64,000 nt of DNA. Origin: Octadecabacter sp. Its GTDB lineage: Bacteria; Pseudomonadota; Alphaproteobacteria; Rhodobacterales; Rhodobacteraceae. Shown one piece after another: positions 31,490 to 41,448 of the stretch. The translations under genes and the position numbers were made by a program. Positions within the stretch are counted from its first letter, which is position 1. Each line of letters opens with the position of its first letter. The notes under the pieces were generated by a model. That model made no database searches and had not been told where the DNA came from. It worked only from the letters and a program-made list of their open reading frames with translations. The stretch lies in the NCBI GenBank assembly GCA_018608045.1, contig JABBAI010000180.1, positions 15,295 through 79,294 of the forward strand. The letters are read 5' to 3'.

Positions 31490-31690
31490 GTGTCAGTCTC
31501 TTTCGGGTTCGTTTGTTCAAATTCATTAACGCACGTTCCCACCGGGTTCACTGGACCGGAATCGATTCGAGCCTAGGCGGGCATCACGCGCATTTCAGCG
31601 CTGCGTATAGGCCCACCCGCCCTTCTTTGCAAACATCCTTTTGCATTGATTGATAAGGCGGGTCAGGGTGCATCAAACGGAGGGTTTAAG

Positions 31691-33001
31691 ATGACGCTAA
31701 AGACACGTGGCTGGGTGCCAGAGAATTGCGAAACGCGGGTACAGGATATTGCGGCACAGATCGGTGGGTCAGATACCGTGCGGGCCCGCCTTGATGAACT
31801 GGTGATGAAAAACCGCGACATCCATGAAGCAGCGTGTTTCAACCTGAACCCCGCAACGAATGTTATGAACCCGCGCGCGGAGGCAATGTTGTCATCTGGC
31901 ATCGGGTCGCGCCCGTCGCTTGGGTATCCCGGTGACAAATATGAAATGGGGCTGGAGGCGATTGAAGAAATCGAAGTCATCAGCGCCGCCCTCTGTGCCG
32001 AAGTCTTCAATGCAGATTTTGCAGAAATCCGCGTCCCGTCCGGTGCGATCGCCAACCTTTACGGGTTCATGGCGACATGCAAACCCGGTGATACGATCAT
32101 CGCACCCCCCGCGTCTGTCGGCGGTCATGCGACGCACCACATGGCGGGATGCGCGGGTCTTTATGGACTGCGGATCATTGCCGCCCCCGTTCTGGCGGAT
32201 GGGTACACAATTGATGCCGATGCGTTGATGATATTGGCGAAGGTCGAAAAGCCAAAGCTGATTACAGTCGGGGCGAGCCTCAATCTTTATGAGCATCCTG
32301 TCGCCGAAATCCGCGCGGTGGCGGATGCTGTCGGGGCGAAGGTGATGTTTGACGCCGCCCATCAATGCGGAATTATCGCGGGTAAAGCGTGGCGTGATCC
32401 ACTGGCCGATGGCGCCCATTTCATGACGATGTCGACTTATAAATCATTGGGCGGTCCTGCGGGCGGGTTGATCGTGACCAATGATCCTGAAATGGCCGAA
32501 GCGTTTGACGCCATTGCATTCCCCGGCATGACAGCCAATTTCGATGCGGCCAAATCTGCGGCGATGGCCATTACGATGCTGGATTGGCGCGACCACGGGC
32601 AGGCCTACGCCGCAAAGATGATTGAAGTCGCCCAAGGGCTAGCCGCCGGATTAAAGGCGCGCGGCGTTCCTGTTTTTGAAACGGCGCAGGGCGCGACGTC
32701 GTCCCATCAATTCGCCATAAAGGCGGCGGCCTATGGCGGTGGGCAAACAGCATCCAAACATCTACGCAAAGCGGGTTTCCTTGCGTGTGGTATCGGCCTC
32801 CCGATTGAGGCCGTTGCGGGCGACATGAATGGCCTGCGCATCGGTACGCCAGAATTGACGCGTTGGGGAGTAGACATGGGGGACGTTGATCAGATGTGTG
32901 ATTTGATCGTGGAGGCCTTGGAAAGCCAAGATCCGACATCAATGGTGCCGCGCGTTCGCGACTGGCGTGAAACGTTCAAAACGCTGCACTACATCAACTG
33001 A
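31691..33001 (+). CDS. Serine hydroxymethyltransferase-like protein (divergent GlyA paralogue)
   Basis: FNLNPATN, GYPGDKY, SGAIAN, GGHATH, FDAAHQCG, PLP lysine in STYKSLGGPAGG, GLRIGTPELTRWG. Confidence 0.85.
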   Translation: MTLKTRGWVPENCETRVQDIAAQIGGSDTVRARLDELVMKNRDIHEAACFNLNPATNVMNPRAEAMLSSGIGSRPSLGYPGDKYEMGLEAIEEIEVISAALCAEVFNADFAEIRVPSGAIANLYGFMATCKPGDTIIAPPASVGGHATHHMAGCAGLYGLRIIAAPVLADGYTIDADALMILAKVEKPKLITVGASLNLYEHPVAEIRAVADAVGAKVMFDAAHQCGIIAGKAWRDPLADGAHFMTMSTYKSLGGPAGGLIVTNDPEMAEAFDAIAFPGMTANFDAAKSAAMAITMLDWRDHGQAYAAKMIEVAQGLAAGLKARGVPVFETAQGATSSHQFAIKAAAYGGGQTASKHLRKAGFLACGIGLPIEAVAGDMNGLRIGTPELTRWGVDMGDVDQMCDLIVEALESQDPTSMVPRVRDWRETFKTLHYIN

Positions 33002-33778
33002 TTACTTGTCGCGAAACTGCGGTTCACGCTTTTCAATATAAGATTTCATGCCCTCGGTCTGATCTTCAGTTGCAAACAGGGACTGAAACAGGCGGCGTTC
33101 ATAATTGATTCCTTCGGCCATCGTGGTCTCATAGGCACGGTTCACGGAGTCCTTCACAGCCATCGTCGCCAGCAGGGATTTTTCAGCAATCTTATGGGCA
33201 GCGGCCATCGCTTCTTCCTTGAGCTTTTTGGCCGGCACGACGCGGCTGACAAGGCCCGAACTTTCTGCTTCTTGGGCATCCATGAAGCGGCCCGTCAAAT
33301 GCATCTCCATCGATTTGGCTTTGCCAACAAATCGCGTCAGACGCTGTGTGCCGCCAAGGCCCGCCATAACGCCAAGATTGATTTCCGGCTGCCCGAATTT
33401 CGCCGTTTCGGATGCAATGATAAAGTCACACATCATCGCAAGTTCGCACCCTCCGCCCAAAGCATACCCTGATACAGCGGCGATTATCGGCTTGCGTGTT
33501 TTGATGAAACGGTCGGTTTGCGCGCCAAAAAAGTTCTGCTTATACATCTCAACGAACGTCTTGTCGGCCATTTCCTTAATGTCCGCGCCAGCCGCAAATG
33601 CTTTGTCGGATCCAATCAGAATGATGCAGCGCACTTTGTCTGATGCATCAGCGTCTTCAACCGCTGAGGACAATTCATCCAACAGCTGGGAATTGAGCGC
33701 GTTCAAGGCATCAGGACGGTTCAGCGTGATCAATGCCACCCCGTCCGAAATTTCTACGATGATTGTTTCATAGGCCAT
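33002..33778 (-). CDS. Enoyl-CoA hydratase
   Basis: [46 protein letters not shown]. Confidence 0.94.
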   Translation of the reverse strand: MAYETIIVEISDGVALITLNRPDALNALNSQLLDELSSAVEDADASDKVRCIILIGSDKAFAAGADIKEMADKTFVEMYKQNFFGAQTDRFIKTRKPIIAAVSGYALGGGCELAMMCDFIIASETAKFGQPEINLGVMAGLGGTQRLTRFVGKAKSMEMHLTGRFMDAQEAESSGLVSRVVPAKKLKEEAMAAAHKIAEKSLLATMAVKDSVNRAYETTMAEGINYERRLFQSLFATEDQTEGMKSYIEKREPQFRDK

Positions 33779-33840
33779 TTGGACGGCTCCCGAAGCTATA
33801 TTTGGACGTTAGGGTTACCAAAGACATCGCCACAGGCAAG

Positions 33841-34692
33841 CTATCTTTGGCATTTTGGGCAATAGAACGTCGAACGGCCCGATTGCACAATGCGCGCGAT
33901 GGTCCCGCCGCAGTCAGACGTTTGGCAGGGCTGATCTTCGCGGTCATAGGCCTGAAACCCGTGCTGGAAATACCCGAGTTCCCCATCTGCCTGCCGATAA
34001 TCCTTGAGAGAGGATCCACCCGCGGCGATGGCTTCTGACAGAACATCACGAATGATTGGCACCAAGGTTGCCACACGGGTTTTGGACAGCTGCCCTGCTT
34101 TGCGTTTTGGGTTTACGCGGGCGCGGTGCAGGACTTCGCAGACATATATATTGCCCAGACCCGCGATGATCCTTTGATCCAAAAGTGCAGTTTTGATGGG
34201 CGTATTTTTATTGGCCAAGACATCGATCAGATAAGCCTCATTGAAGGTGTTGCCCAACGGTTCTGGGCCGATGGATTTGATCAACCAGTGGTCTTCAAGC
34301 GTGGCGGTCAGCGCAAGGTCCATCGCACCAAAACGACGGGCGTCATTAAACGTCACCCGCGACCCGTTCCCCATGTGAAACACGACATGATCGTGCTTTT
34401 CGGCCGCTGGGTGATCGTGATGAAATTGACCCAAGGGATCGCCCGACACTGTCATGCGACCTGACATGCCAAGGTGAATGATCAATGTCTCGCCGGTGCT
34501 CAGATCGGCCAGCACATATTTTGACCGGCGGCGCAGCGCTGTAACTTTGGCACCATTTAATCGGATCGCCATGTTGTCGGGGAACGGCCAGCGCAAATCA
34601 GGACGATTCACATCCGCGCGCGTAATCACCTGACCTTGCATGGACGGTATCAATCCCTTGCAGACGGTTTCGACTTCTGGAAGTTCAGGCAC
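33841..34692 (-). CDS. mutM: Formamidopyrimidine-DNA glycosylase
   Basis: [31 protein letters not shown]-terminal zinc finger [11 protein letters not shown]. Confidence 0.97.
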   Translation of the reverse strand: MPELPEVETVCKGLIPSMQGQVITRADVNRPDLRWPFPDNMAIRLNGAKVTALRRRSKYVLADLSTGETLIIHLGMSGRMTVSGDPLGQFHHDHPAAEKHDHVVFHMGNGSRVTFNDARRFGAMDLALTATLEDHWLIKSIGPEPLGNTFNEAYLIDVLANKNTPIKTALLDQRIIAGLGNIYVCEVLHRARVNPKRKAGQLSKTRVATLVPIIRDVLSEAIAAGGSSLKDYRQADGELGYFQHGFQAYDREDQPCQTSDCGGTIARIVQSGRSTFYCPKCQR

Positions 34693-35140
34693 GAACGACC
34701 CCTTTCAGAAGCAAGATCAGGTCTTTATAACCACTGAAGTTCGCGCCGATTGCAAAGCCACTGAGGGCCGCAAACGTCCACCAGTCCCTGGATGTTGCTT
34801 CACCAGATTGCAAAACGATGAGCCAATAAAACAACGCACCGCCCCCAAAGAAAAACAGCGCGAAATAAATCACTCCTGGCGTCTTGGGCGGCCGCATCAC
34901 GCGGACATCTTGCACACCGAAACCGGTTTCATGTTTCACCTGCTTAGTGTCTGCGCTTGCGCGCAAACAATGGGTCAGGCTTTCAGTCGCATGGGTGACA
35001 GAATTGCCCGTCACGCGCCACTGCCACCAGATCAGTGGCAGGAAAATCACGAAAACGATCCCGAAGAAGACGGCGTTTTCGGCAATGGCGGCGGGCAAAC
35101 TTATCAGCGCGTCCCATTTGTCTGCAAAATAGTCGCCCAT
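34685..35140 (-). CDS. Hypothetical membrane protein (about 3 TM segments)
   Basis: 151-aa ORF with GGAGG RBS and hydrophobic segments; stop overlaps the mutM start. Confidence 0.6.
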   Translation of the reverse strand: MGDYFADKWDALISLPAAIAENAVFFGIVFVIFLPLIWWQWRVTGNSVTHATESLTHCLRASADTKQVKHETGFGVQDVRVMRPPKTPGVIYFALFFFGGGALFYWLIVLQSGEATSRDWWTFAALSGFAIGANFSGYKDLILLLKGVVRA

Positions 35141-35230
35141 TTCGGTATGTTTCCTCCCGCGCTGATTTGGCTGTTTGTATCTGAAGGTTGGACGCTATAT
35201 CTGCTGGGTAAGCTGCGCAAGGTGCTGGAT

Positions 35231-35977
35231 ATGACTGATAATCAAACGACTCATTTCGGATTTGAAACGGTGCCCGAGGGCGACAAGGCGGGCCTTGTTC
35301 AAGGCGTATTTTCAAGCGTCGCAAGCAAGTATGATGTGATGAACGACGCGATGTCGCTTGGCATTCACCGCATTTGGAAAGAGGCAATGATGGACTGGCT
35401 GGCGCCGCGTTCGGGGCAGAAGCTCTTGGATGTTGCAGGCGGCACGGGCGATATTTCGTTTCGTTTCCTGAAACGAGCAAAGGTCGGCTACGCCACCGTT
35501 TTGGATATTACCGAACCGATGCTGATCGAAGGCCGCAAACGTGCGGAGGCAGCGCAGATGGATGCTTCGCTGGATTGGATCGTAGGCGACGCGATGGCGC
35601 TCCCGTTTGAGGACAACACATTTGATGTTTACACAATCAGCTTTGGCATTCGAAACGTCACCCGCCCGCAAGAAGCCCTGAACGAAGCCTACCGCGTGTT
35701 GAAACCCGGTGGTCGTTTGATGGTTTTGGAATTTAGCCACATCCCGAACGATATGCTGCAAAAGATGTACGATTTATATTCGTTCAACGCGATTCCGGCT
35801 ATGGGCAAGATCATCACAGGGGATCGCGACAGTTACCAATATCTTGTGGAGTCGATCCGTAACTTTCCCGATCAGGAGACTTTCATTGAGATGGTGAGGA
35901 CTGCCGGTTTTGAAAATGCGAAATATCGCAACCTAAGCCTTGGTATCGCCTGCTTGCATTCAGGCTGGAAACTGTAA
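35231..35977 (+). CDS. ubiE: Ubiquinone/menaquinone C-methyltransferase
   Basis: [55 protein letters not shown]. Confidence 0.97.
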   Translation: MTDNQTTHFGFETVPEGDKAGLVQGVFSSVASKYDVMNDAMSLGIHRIWKEAMMDWLAPRSGQKLLDVAGGTGDISFRFLKRAKVGYATVLDITEPMLIEGRKRAEAAQMDASLDWIVGDAMALPFEDNTFDVYTISFGIRNVTRPQEALNEAYRVLKPGGRLMVLEFSHIPNDMLQKMYDLYSFNAIPAMGKIITGDRDSYQYLVESIRNFPDQETFIEMVRTAGFENAKYRNLSLGIACLHSGWKL

Positions 35978-35978
35978 C

Positions 35979-37511
35979 TTGCGCGGGCCACACAACATAT
36001 GGCGCCTGATCCGAACCGGCGCGACGCTTGAACGTACCGGCGCGATGAAAGTCATTCTTGATGCCGCCGAAGCACCCGCATTGATGCGTGGCGCACTGCG
36101 CGGATTGGTTTGGCCATTTCAGTGGTTGGGCCTAAAGGGTGACGTAAACTTACCACCCGTCACGCGTGCGTTGCAGGCATTGGGTCCCGCCTACATCAAG
36201 TTCGGGCAAGTGTTGTCCACGCGGCCCGATGTTGTCGGCACCGAATTGGCCGTGCAATTGCGCGTCCTACAAGACAAACTGCCCCCTTTTCCGATTGAAG
36301 TGGCAAAGGCAGAAATCGAAAAAGAATTGGGAGTGAACATCGATACCGTGTTCGCTGATTTCTCTGAACCCGTAGCAGCCGCATCGATTGCGCAAGTCCA
36401 CAAGGCCCGCTTGGTATCAGATGGTGAATTTGTTGCCATCAAAGTCCTCCGACCCGGTATCGAAAAAGCATTCCAGAAAGACATAGACGCCTTTTATCTG
36501 GCCGCGTCGATTTTCAATGCGTTTTCACCATCTGCACGCCGGTTGCGCCCGCTTGATGTCATCGAACATTTCGAAGGCGTCGTGCTAAGCGAACTAGACC
36601 TGCGCCTCGAAAGCGCGTCAGCGTCAGAATTTGCGGACAATACCGAAAACGACGCCGGGTTCACCTTGCCGCGGGTGCGTTGGGGATTGTCGGCGCGCCG
36701 CGTGATGACATTAGATTGGGCTGAAGGCATCAACGCAGCAGATGTCGACGACATTGCCGCCGCCGGGCACGATCTAACAGAACTATCACGCCGCGTTTTG
36801 CAGCTGTTTTTGAACCATGCCTTGCGTGACGGCTATTTTCACGCGGACATGCATCACGGGAACCTTAAAATCGCGCCGAATGGCGATATTATCGCCTATG
36901 ACTTCGGTATTATGGGCCACATCGACGAATACACCCGCCGGGTCTACGCCGAAATTTTGTTCGGCTTTATTCGCCGTGACTACAAACGGGTCGCTGAGGT
37001 TCACTTTGAGGCCGGCTACGTGCCCGCGAACCGAGATGTGGACGAATTTGCGCGGGCGTTGCGCGCCGTTGGAGAGCCGATCTTCGGGATGAACGCCGAA
37101 CAGATTTCAATGGCGCGGCTGTTGTCTTACTTGTTCGAGGTCACTGAACGGTTCGGGATGGAAACCCGCACCGAACTGATTTTGCTGCAGCGTACGATGG
37201 TCGTTGTCGAAGGTGTGGCACGAACATTTGACCATCGTATGAACATTTGGGATGCCGCCAAACCCGTCGTTGAAGACTACATCAAAGATAGCATCGGGCC
37301 AAAAGCCGCATTGCAAGATCTAGCGAAGACCGCGCGTGTTTTGGCGCGGTTCGGTCCCCGCTTGCCAGCGCTTGCCGAAGCAGCCCTTATAAGACTTGGC
37401 GAAGACCCTGCCCCTCCACCTCGCAGGTCTTACTGGCACGCATTTGGCTGGATGACCCTTGGTGCAGCGGCCGCGTCCGCTGCACCAATTGCTGTTTTTT
37501 TCTTTGGCTAG
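35979..37511 (+). CDS. ubiB: Ubiquinone biosynthesis kinase-like protein UbiB
   Basis: LGPAYIKFGQVLSTRPD, AAASIAQVH, KVLRPG, FHADMHHGN, DFGIMG; TTG start right after ubiE. Confidence 0.95.
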   Translation: MRGPHNIWRLIRTGATLERTGAMKVILDAAEAPALMRGALRGLVWPFQWLGLKGDVNLPPVTRALQALGPAYIKFGQVLSTRPDVVGTELAVQLRVLQDKLPPFPIEVAKAEIEKELGVNIDTVFADFSEPVAAASIAQVHKARLVSDGEFVAIKVLRPGIEKAFQKDIDAFYLAASIFNAFSPSARRLRPLDVIEHFEGVVLSELDLRLESASASEFADNTENDAGFTLPRVRWGLSARRVMTLDWAEGINAADVDDIAAAGHDLTELSRRVLQLFLNHALRDGYFHADMHHGNLKIAPNGDIIAYDFGIMGHIDEYTRRVYAEILFGFIRRDYKRVAEVHFEAGYVPANRDVDEFARALRAVGEPIFGMNAEQISMARLLSYLFEVTERFGMETRTELILLQRTMVVVEGVARTFDHRMNIWDAAKPVVEDYIKDSIGPKAALQDLAKTARVLARFGPRLPALAEAALIRLGEDPAPPPRRSYWHAFGWMTLGAAAASAAPIAVFFFG

Positions 37512-37513
37512 GA

Positions 37514-38169
37514 TTACGCCTCTTTCAGCGCGCTGACTGCTGTGGCCAATATGGCAATGCCGCCTTCCAGCATAAAGATTGATTCGCAGTTTTGGCTGCG
37601 TATTTCTTGCACCTTTGCGTAGACGTCAAACATTTCTGTCAGGACCACTTCACCATTTGACGAACTTTCGATGTGGAATTCGTAAATTACGGTCGGGAAC
37701 GGCGCGCCGTCAGCCGACGTGCCAGCCCATTCGACGAGTTCGGCTGATTTTGGAATTTCCATTCGCTGCACTTCATTTCCGTCCTCATCATAGACAACCA
37801 ATTCGACTTTGTCAGCGATTACTGCCGGATTTGGCGCCAGTGTGATCGGGCTTCATCAAAATACGCGGGGGCTGCGGCACGGGCGTCCTTTTCGGCCCAG
37901 TCCGCCAACTGCGCCATACCGGTTGTGTTCATTTGCACCATCAATGCTGTGAGCAAATCATTCGTTAGCACCGCTTGTTCAACGCCTGAAAACGTAGCGA
38001 GCTGTTGTGCGTATTCAGAGGAATCTGTCGGGTTGAGGGGGTCCTGATTTTCCATCTGTACCTTCAACATTTTTAGAAATGTGTCAAAATCAGACGAGAT
38101 CACGGAGTTCGATGCTCCAGTTTATGGTGCGAACGTTGAGGTCGACGATGAGAGGGCTGCAATATCCAT
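37514..38169 (-). pseudogene. flgD: Flagellar hook-capping protein pseudogene (in-frame stop plus frameshift)
   Basis: ATG 38169 with GGAGA RBS; TAA at 38122-38124; SSDFDTFLKML..QMENQDPLNP..YAQQLATFSGVEQ; frameshift near 37853, after which another frame continues SPITLAPNP..VELVVYDEDGNEV. Confidence 0.88.
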
Positions 38170-38182
38170 TAAAAAGTCTCCG

Positions 38183-38350
38183 TCAGAGTTTCAGGTCTAA
38201 GCCGCCGCTAAGGGCGACCGTTACTATAGGTGAGGTTGGGTTCGCGTCAGATGGCTGCTGTTCTGAATCCACATTTGACTGGGGAGCATTGTTTGATTGC
38301 TGCCCCGATTGGCCCGAAGAGGTATCGAAGGAAAATGACGTGGAGCCGTG
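38183..38350 (-). pseudogene. fliK: C-terminal remnant of flagellar hook-length control protein
   Basis: HGSTSFSFDTSSGQSGQQ...VALSGGLDLKL* directly upstream of flgD; no start codon or N-terminal part. Confidence 0.65.
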
Positions 38351-38408
38351 TATGACGTCAGCGCTTGTGGGTCCAAATAGCGTTATTTGCTAAGAGAGTA
38401 TTTGTTGC

Positions 38409-38825
38409 TCATCGTAACCACTGAGGAGTGGAAGATGAGACAGACAACTGGATTGTCGGGACACCTTTGGTACGCCATTCGACCTCGTTCCTGAGGTGAA
38501 GCTTATCACCCAACTTGCTGGCGCGAATGCCAGATTGCGTACCCGCCAGATTGCGCAGCACGCCTTTGCCATCTTTGTCACGTGCGAACCCGATATGGAT
38601 GTCGAACGGGCACTTAACCATGAAATAGCGACTTTCCATTTTGATGACCGCAGGGCAACGCGACGCTGACTTGGCATGTTCGCGGTTCGCCTCAACAGAG
38701 CGCACCCGTTCTGGCGCAGCATAAATGATGCCACCCTTCTTTTCGTTGAGGAACCAACCAACCTGAACGGGCCCCCGCACGGTGTTCGTATCTTTGGTGT
38801 TTTCGAAAGCCACTGATAGACGCAT
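38409..38825 (-). pseudogene. Probably 3'-truncated conserved hypothetical protein
   Basis: Protein-like N-terminus (QVGWFL, HAKSASRCPAVIKMESRYFMVKCPFD, EWR) turns into low-complexity sequence at about 38445, next to the fliK remnant. Confidence 0.55.
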
Positions 38826-39051
38826 GGCATGCTCCAATACTGCTCGATTTCTCAGATAGACTCGTAATCCGCATCGCAAGTCAAAAGACTAGCGACGGAT
38901 AAGTGGCAGTCGTGACAACAAAGCAGCGCCCACTTGATCAAAGTGTGACGTTCAAAACGGCACGAACGACAGCCGATGTCGTGTTTTGCCCTAGACAGAG
39001 AAAGGCCTGGCTGGTCACGTTATCAAGAATTTTCAGCAGAAAGGCCCCGCC

Positions 39052-41448
39052 ATGAAAGACCAGTATCGTGTTGTTGTCATTGGGGGCGGCGTGGTTGGCG
39101 CGTCTGTTCTATATCATCTTGCGAAGTTCGGATGGACCGATGTCGCGCTGATTGAACGGGATGTGCTGACAGCGGGTTCTTCATGGCACGCAGCGGGCGG
39201 CATTCACGCCCTGAACGCAGATCCGAATATGGCCGCCCTCCAAGGGTACACCATAGACCTTCTCTCGGAGGTGGAGGCAGAGTCTGGCATCGACATTGGC
39301 CTGCACATGACAGGTGGCGTGTCTGTTGCCTGTGATCCTGCGCGGTGGGAATGGCTACAAAGCGCGTACCGCACATTCCAGACGATCGGGATTGAGGATT
39401 GCCACCTGATGTCGCCTGATGAGATCAAGAAAGCCTGCCCGATCATGGATACCACTGGCATCATCGGTGGGCTTTGGGCGGACCGCGAGGGCTATGTCGA
39501 TACGACAGGCACTGTGCATGCCTACGCACGGGCGGCGAAAAAACGCGGTGCCGATATTATTGAGCACAACAAAGTCGAAGAGCTGCATTGGACAGGCGAT
39601 CATTGGCAGGTGGTGACCAAAAAGGGCACTATTCGGGCGGAACACGTGGTAAATGCTGGTGGCCTGTGGGCCAAGCAATGCGGTAAAATGGTCGGGCTCG
39701 ATCTTCCCGTTTCGCCGCTATCGCACCATTATTTCCTGACGGAAACGATCCCCGAACTTGAATCGCTCGACTTTGAAGTTCCCATGATGGTCGACCTCGA
39801 AGGGTTTACCTACATGCGCCAAGACAAGAAGGGTATTCTTGTCGGCATCTATGAAGAAAATCATCAGCACTGGATGATGGACGGCGCGCCGTGGAATTAC
39901 GGCATCGAACTTTTGCAAGAAGACCCCGACCGCATCGAAAAAGAACTGATGATGGCCTTTGAACGCTACCCTTGCCTGAACGACGTCGGCATTTCCGATT
40001 GGGTAAATGGCGCGTTTACGTTTTCGCCCGATGGGAATCCGCTTGTCGGGCCTGTTGAATCCGTGCCCAATTACTGGCTGGCCTGCGGTGTCATGGCCGG
40101 ATTCCTGCAAGGTGGCGGCGTGGGTAAAACCCTCGCTGAATGGATGATTCACGGTGATACAGAGACTGATGCGTGGTCGATGGACATCGCGCGTTATGGT
40201 CCTCATCACTCTAACAAAGAATATATCAAGCAAACCACAGGCCAATTCTATTCGCGCCGCTTTGTGATGTCTTATCCGAACGAACAGCTGCCTGCGGGTC
40301 GCCCGTTGCGCATGGCCCCCGCCTACGATGCGATGACTGAAGCAGGCTGTCGTTGGGGGACATCGTGGGGTCTGGAAACGCCACTTTACTTCGCACCCAA
40401 AGACTTTGTCGAAGAACCGTCGCTCAACCGATCTAACGCGGGCCAATACGTTGAGGCAGAGTGCAAAGCAGTTCGTGATGCAGCTGGCCTCCTCGACATT
40501 ACAGGGTTTTCGCGCTTCGAAGTCTCGGGTGACGGCGTTGAAGACTGGTTGAACAAAATGTTCGCAACCAGACTGCCCAAACCGGGCCGCGCGCGATTGG
40601 CCGTAATGTTGTCGCCCGAAGGGAAGCTCAAGGGTGATCTGACGTTGTTCAACTGGGGTGATGGAAAATACTGGATTATGGGCAGCTACTATTTGCGTCA
40701 ATGGCACAAGCGGTGGTTTGCCGATCACAAAGGCCCGAACGTGATGTTGCATGACCTGTCAGACGACAATTGCGGGTTTTCAATCTCGGGCCCAAATGCC
40801 ACCAAGATTATACAGACGATCCAACCTGACCTTGATCTATCATTTATGGGCTGCGGCACCTTTGATCTTGGTCTGTTGCGCTGCAAGGTCGGGCGTTTGT
40901 CCGTCACGGGCGAACTTGGCTATGAAATCCACTGCCATGCAAACGAACACATCGCTTTACGACGTATGCTGCTTGCTGCGGGGGCGGATCACGGGTTGAA
41001 AGAAGTCGGATTTAACGCGCTTTTGTCCCTTCGGATCGAAAAGTCCTTTGGCATCTGGTCTGCGGAATTCACCCAAGACCGCACGGCGGCCATGACCGGC
41101 ATGGATCGCTGGATCGACTGGCAAAAGCCTGATTTCAACGGACGCGACGCAGCGATGAAAGAACGCGATACTGGACCAGATCAGGTATTAGTTACGCTCG
41201 GCCTTAACAGTCCCGATGCGGATTGCGCTGGATACGAACCTGTTTGGTCAGACGGTAAACGCATCGGGTTCACGACGTCTGGTGCGTATGGCTACACTGT
41301 TGGCCAGTCCATCGCGATGGCAATGGTGGACAAAGAATTCGCGGCCCCGAGAACAAAACTTTCGGTGCATGTCGTCGGCGTGGAACGATCCGCAAAGGTA
41401 CTGGACCCGTCCCCCTATGACCCGACGGGCAAAGCGATGCGAGGATGA
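39052..41448 (+). CDS. GcvT-family FAD-dependent oxidoreductase (dimethylglycine/sarcosine dehydrogenase-like)
   Basis: VIGGGVVG, TAGSSWHAAG, VNAGGLWA, FSPDGNPLVG, folate-binding GcvT C-terminal domain (SVTGELGYEIH, LRIEKSF). Confidence 0.92.
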   Translation: MKDQYRVVVIGGGVVGASVLYHLAKFGWTDVALIERDVLTAGSSWHAAGGIHALNADPNMAALQGYTIDLLSEVEAESGIDIGLHMTGGVSVACDPARWEWLQSAYRTFQTIGIEDCHLMSPDEIKKACPIMDTTGIIGGLWADREGYVDTTGTVHAYARAAKKRGADIIEHNKVEELHWTGDHWQVVTKKGTIRAEHVVNAGGLWAKQCGKMVGLDLPVSPLSHHYFLTETIPELESLDFEVPMMVDLEGFTYMRQDKKGILVGIYEENHQHWMMDGAPWNYGIELLQEDPDRIEKELMMAFERYPCLNDVGISDWVNGAFTFSPDGNPLVGPVESVPNYWLACGVMAGFLQGGGVGKTLAEWMIHGDTETDAWSMDIARYGPHHSNKEYIKQTTGQFYSRRFVMSYPNEQLPAGRPLRMAPAYDAMTEAGCRWGTSWGLETPLYFAPKDFVEEPSLNRSNAGQYVEAECKAVRDAAGLLDITGFSRFEVSGDGVEDWLNKMFATRLPKPGRARLAVMLSPEGKLKGDLTLFNWGDGKYWIMGSYYLRQWHKRWFADHKGPNVMLHDLSDDNCGFSISGPNATKIIQTIQPDLDLSFMGCGTFDLGLLRCKVGRLSVTGELGYEIHCHANEHIALRRMLLAAGADHGLKEVGFNALLSLRIEKSFGIWSAEFTQDRTAAMTGMDRWIDWQKPDFNGRDAAMKERDTGPDQVLVTLGLNSPDADCAGYEPVWSDGKRIGFTTSGAYGYTVGQSIAMAMVDKEFAAPRTKLSVHVVGVERSAKVLDPSPYDPTGKAMRG

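Noticed and set aside
34640-35230. Apparent 197-aa N-terminal extension of UbiE
   Set aside because: UbiE similarity begins at ATG 35231; the extension is antisense to mutM and the membrane ORF.
38931-38945. FNR/FnrL box
   Set aside because: TTGAT is present but the ATCAA half-site at N4 spacing is not.
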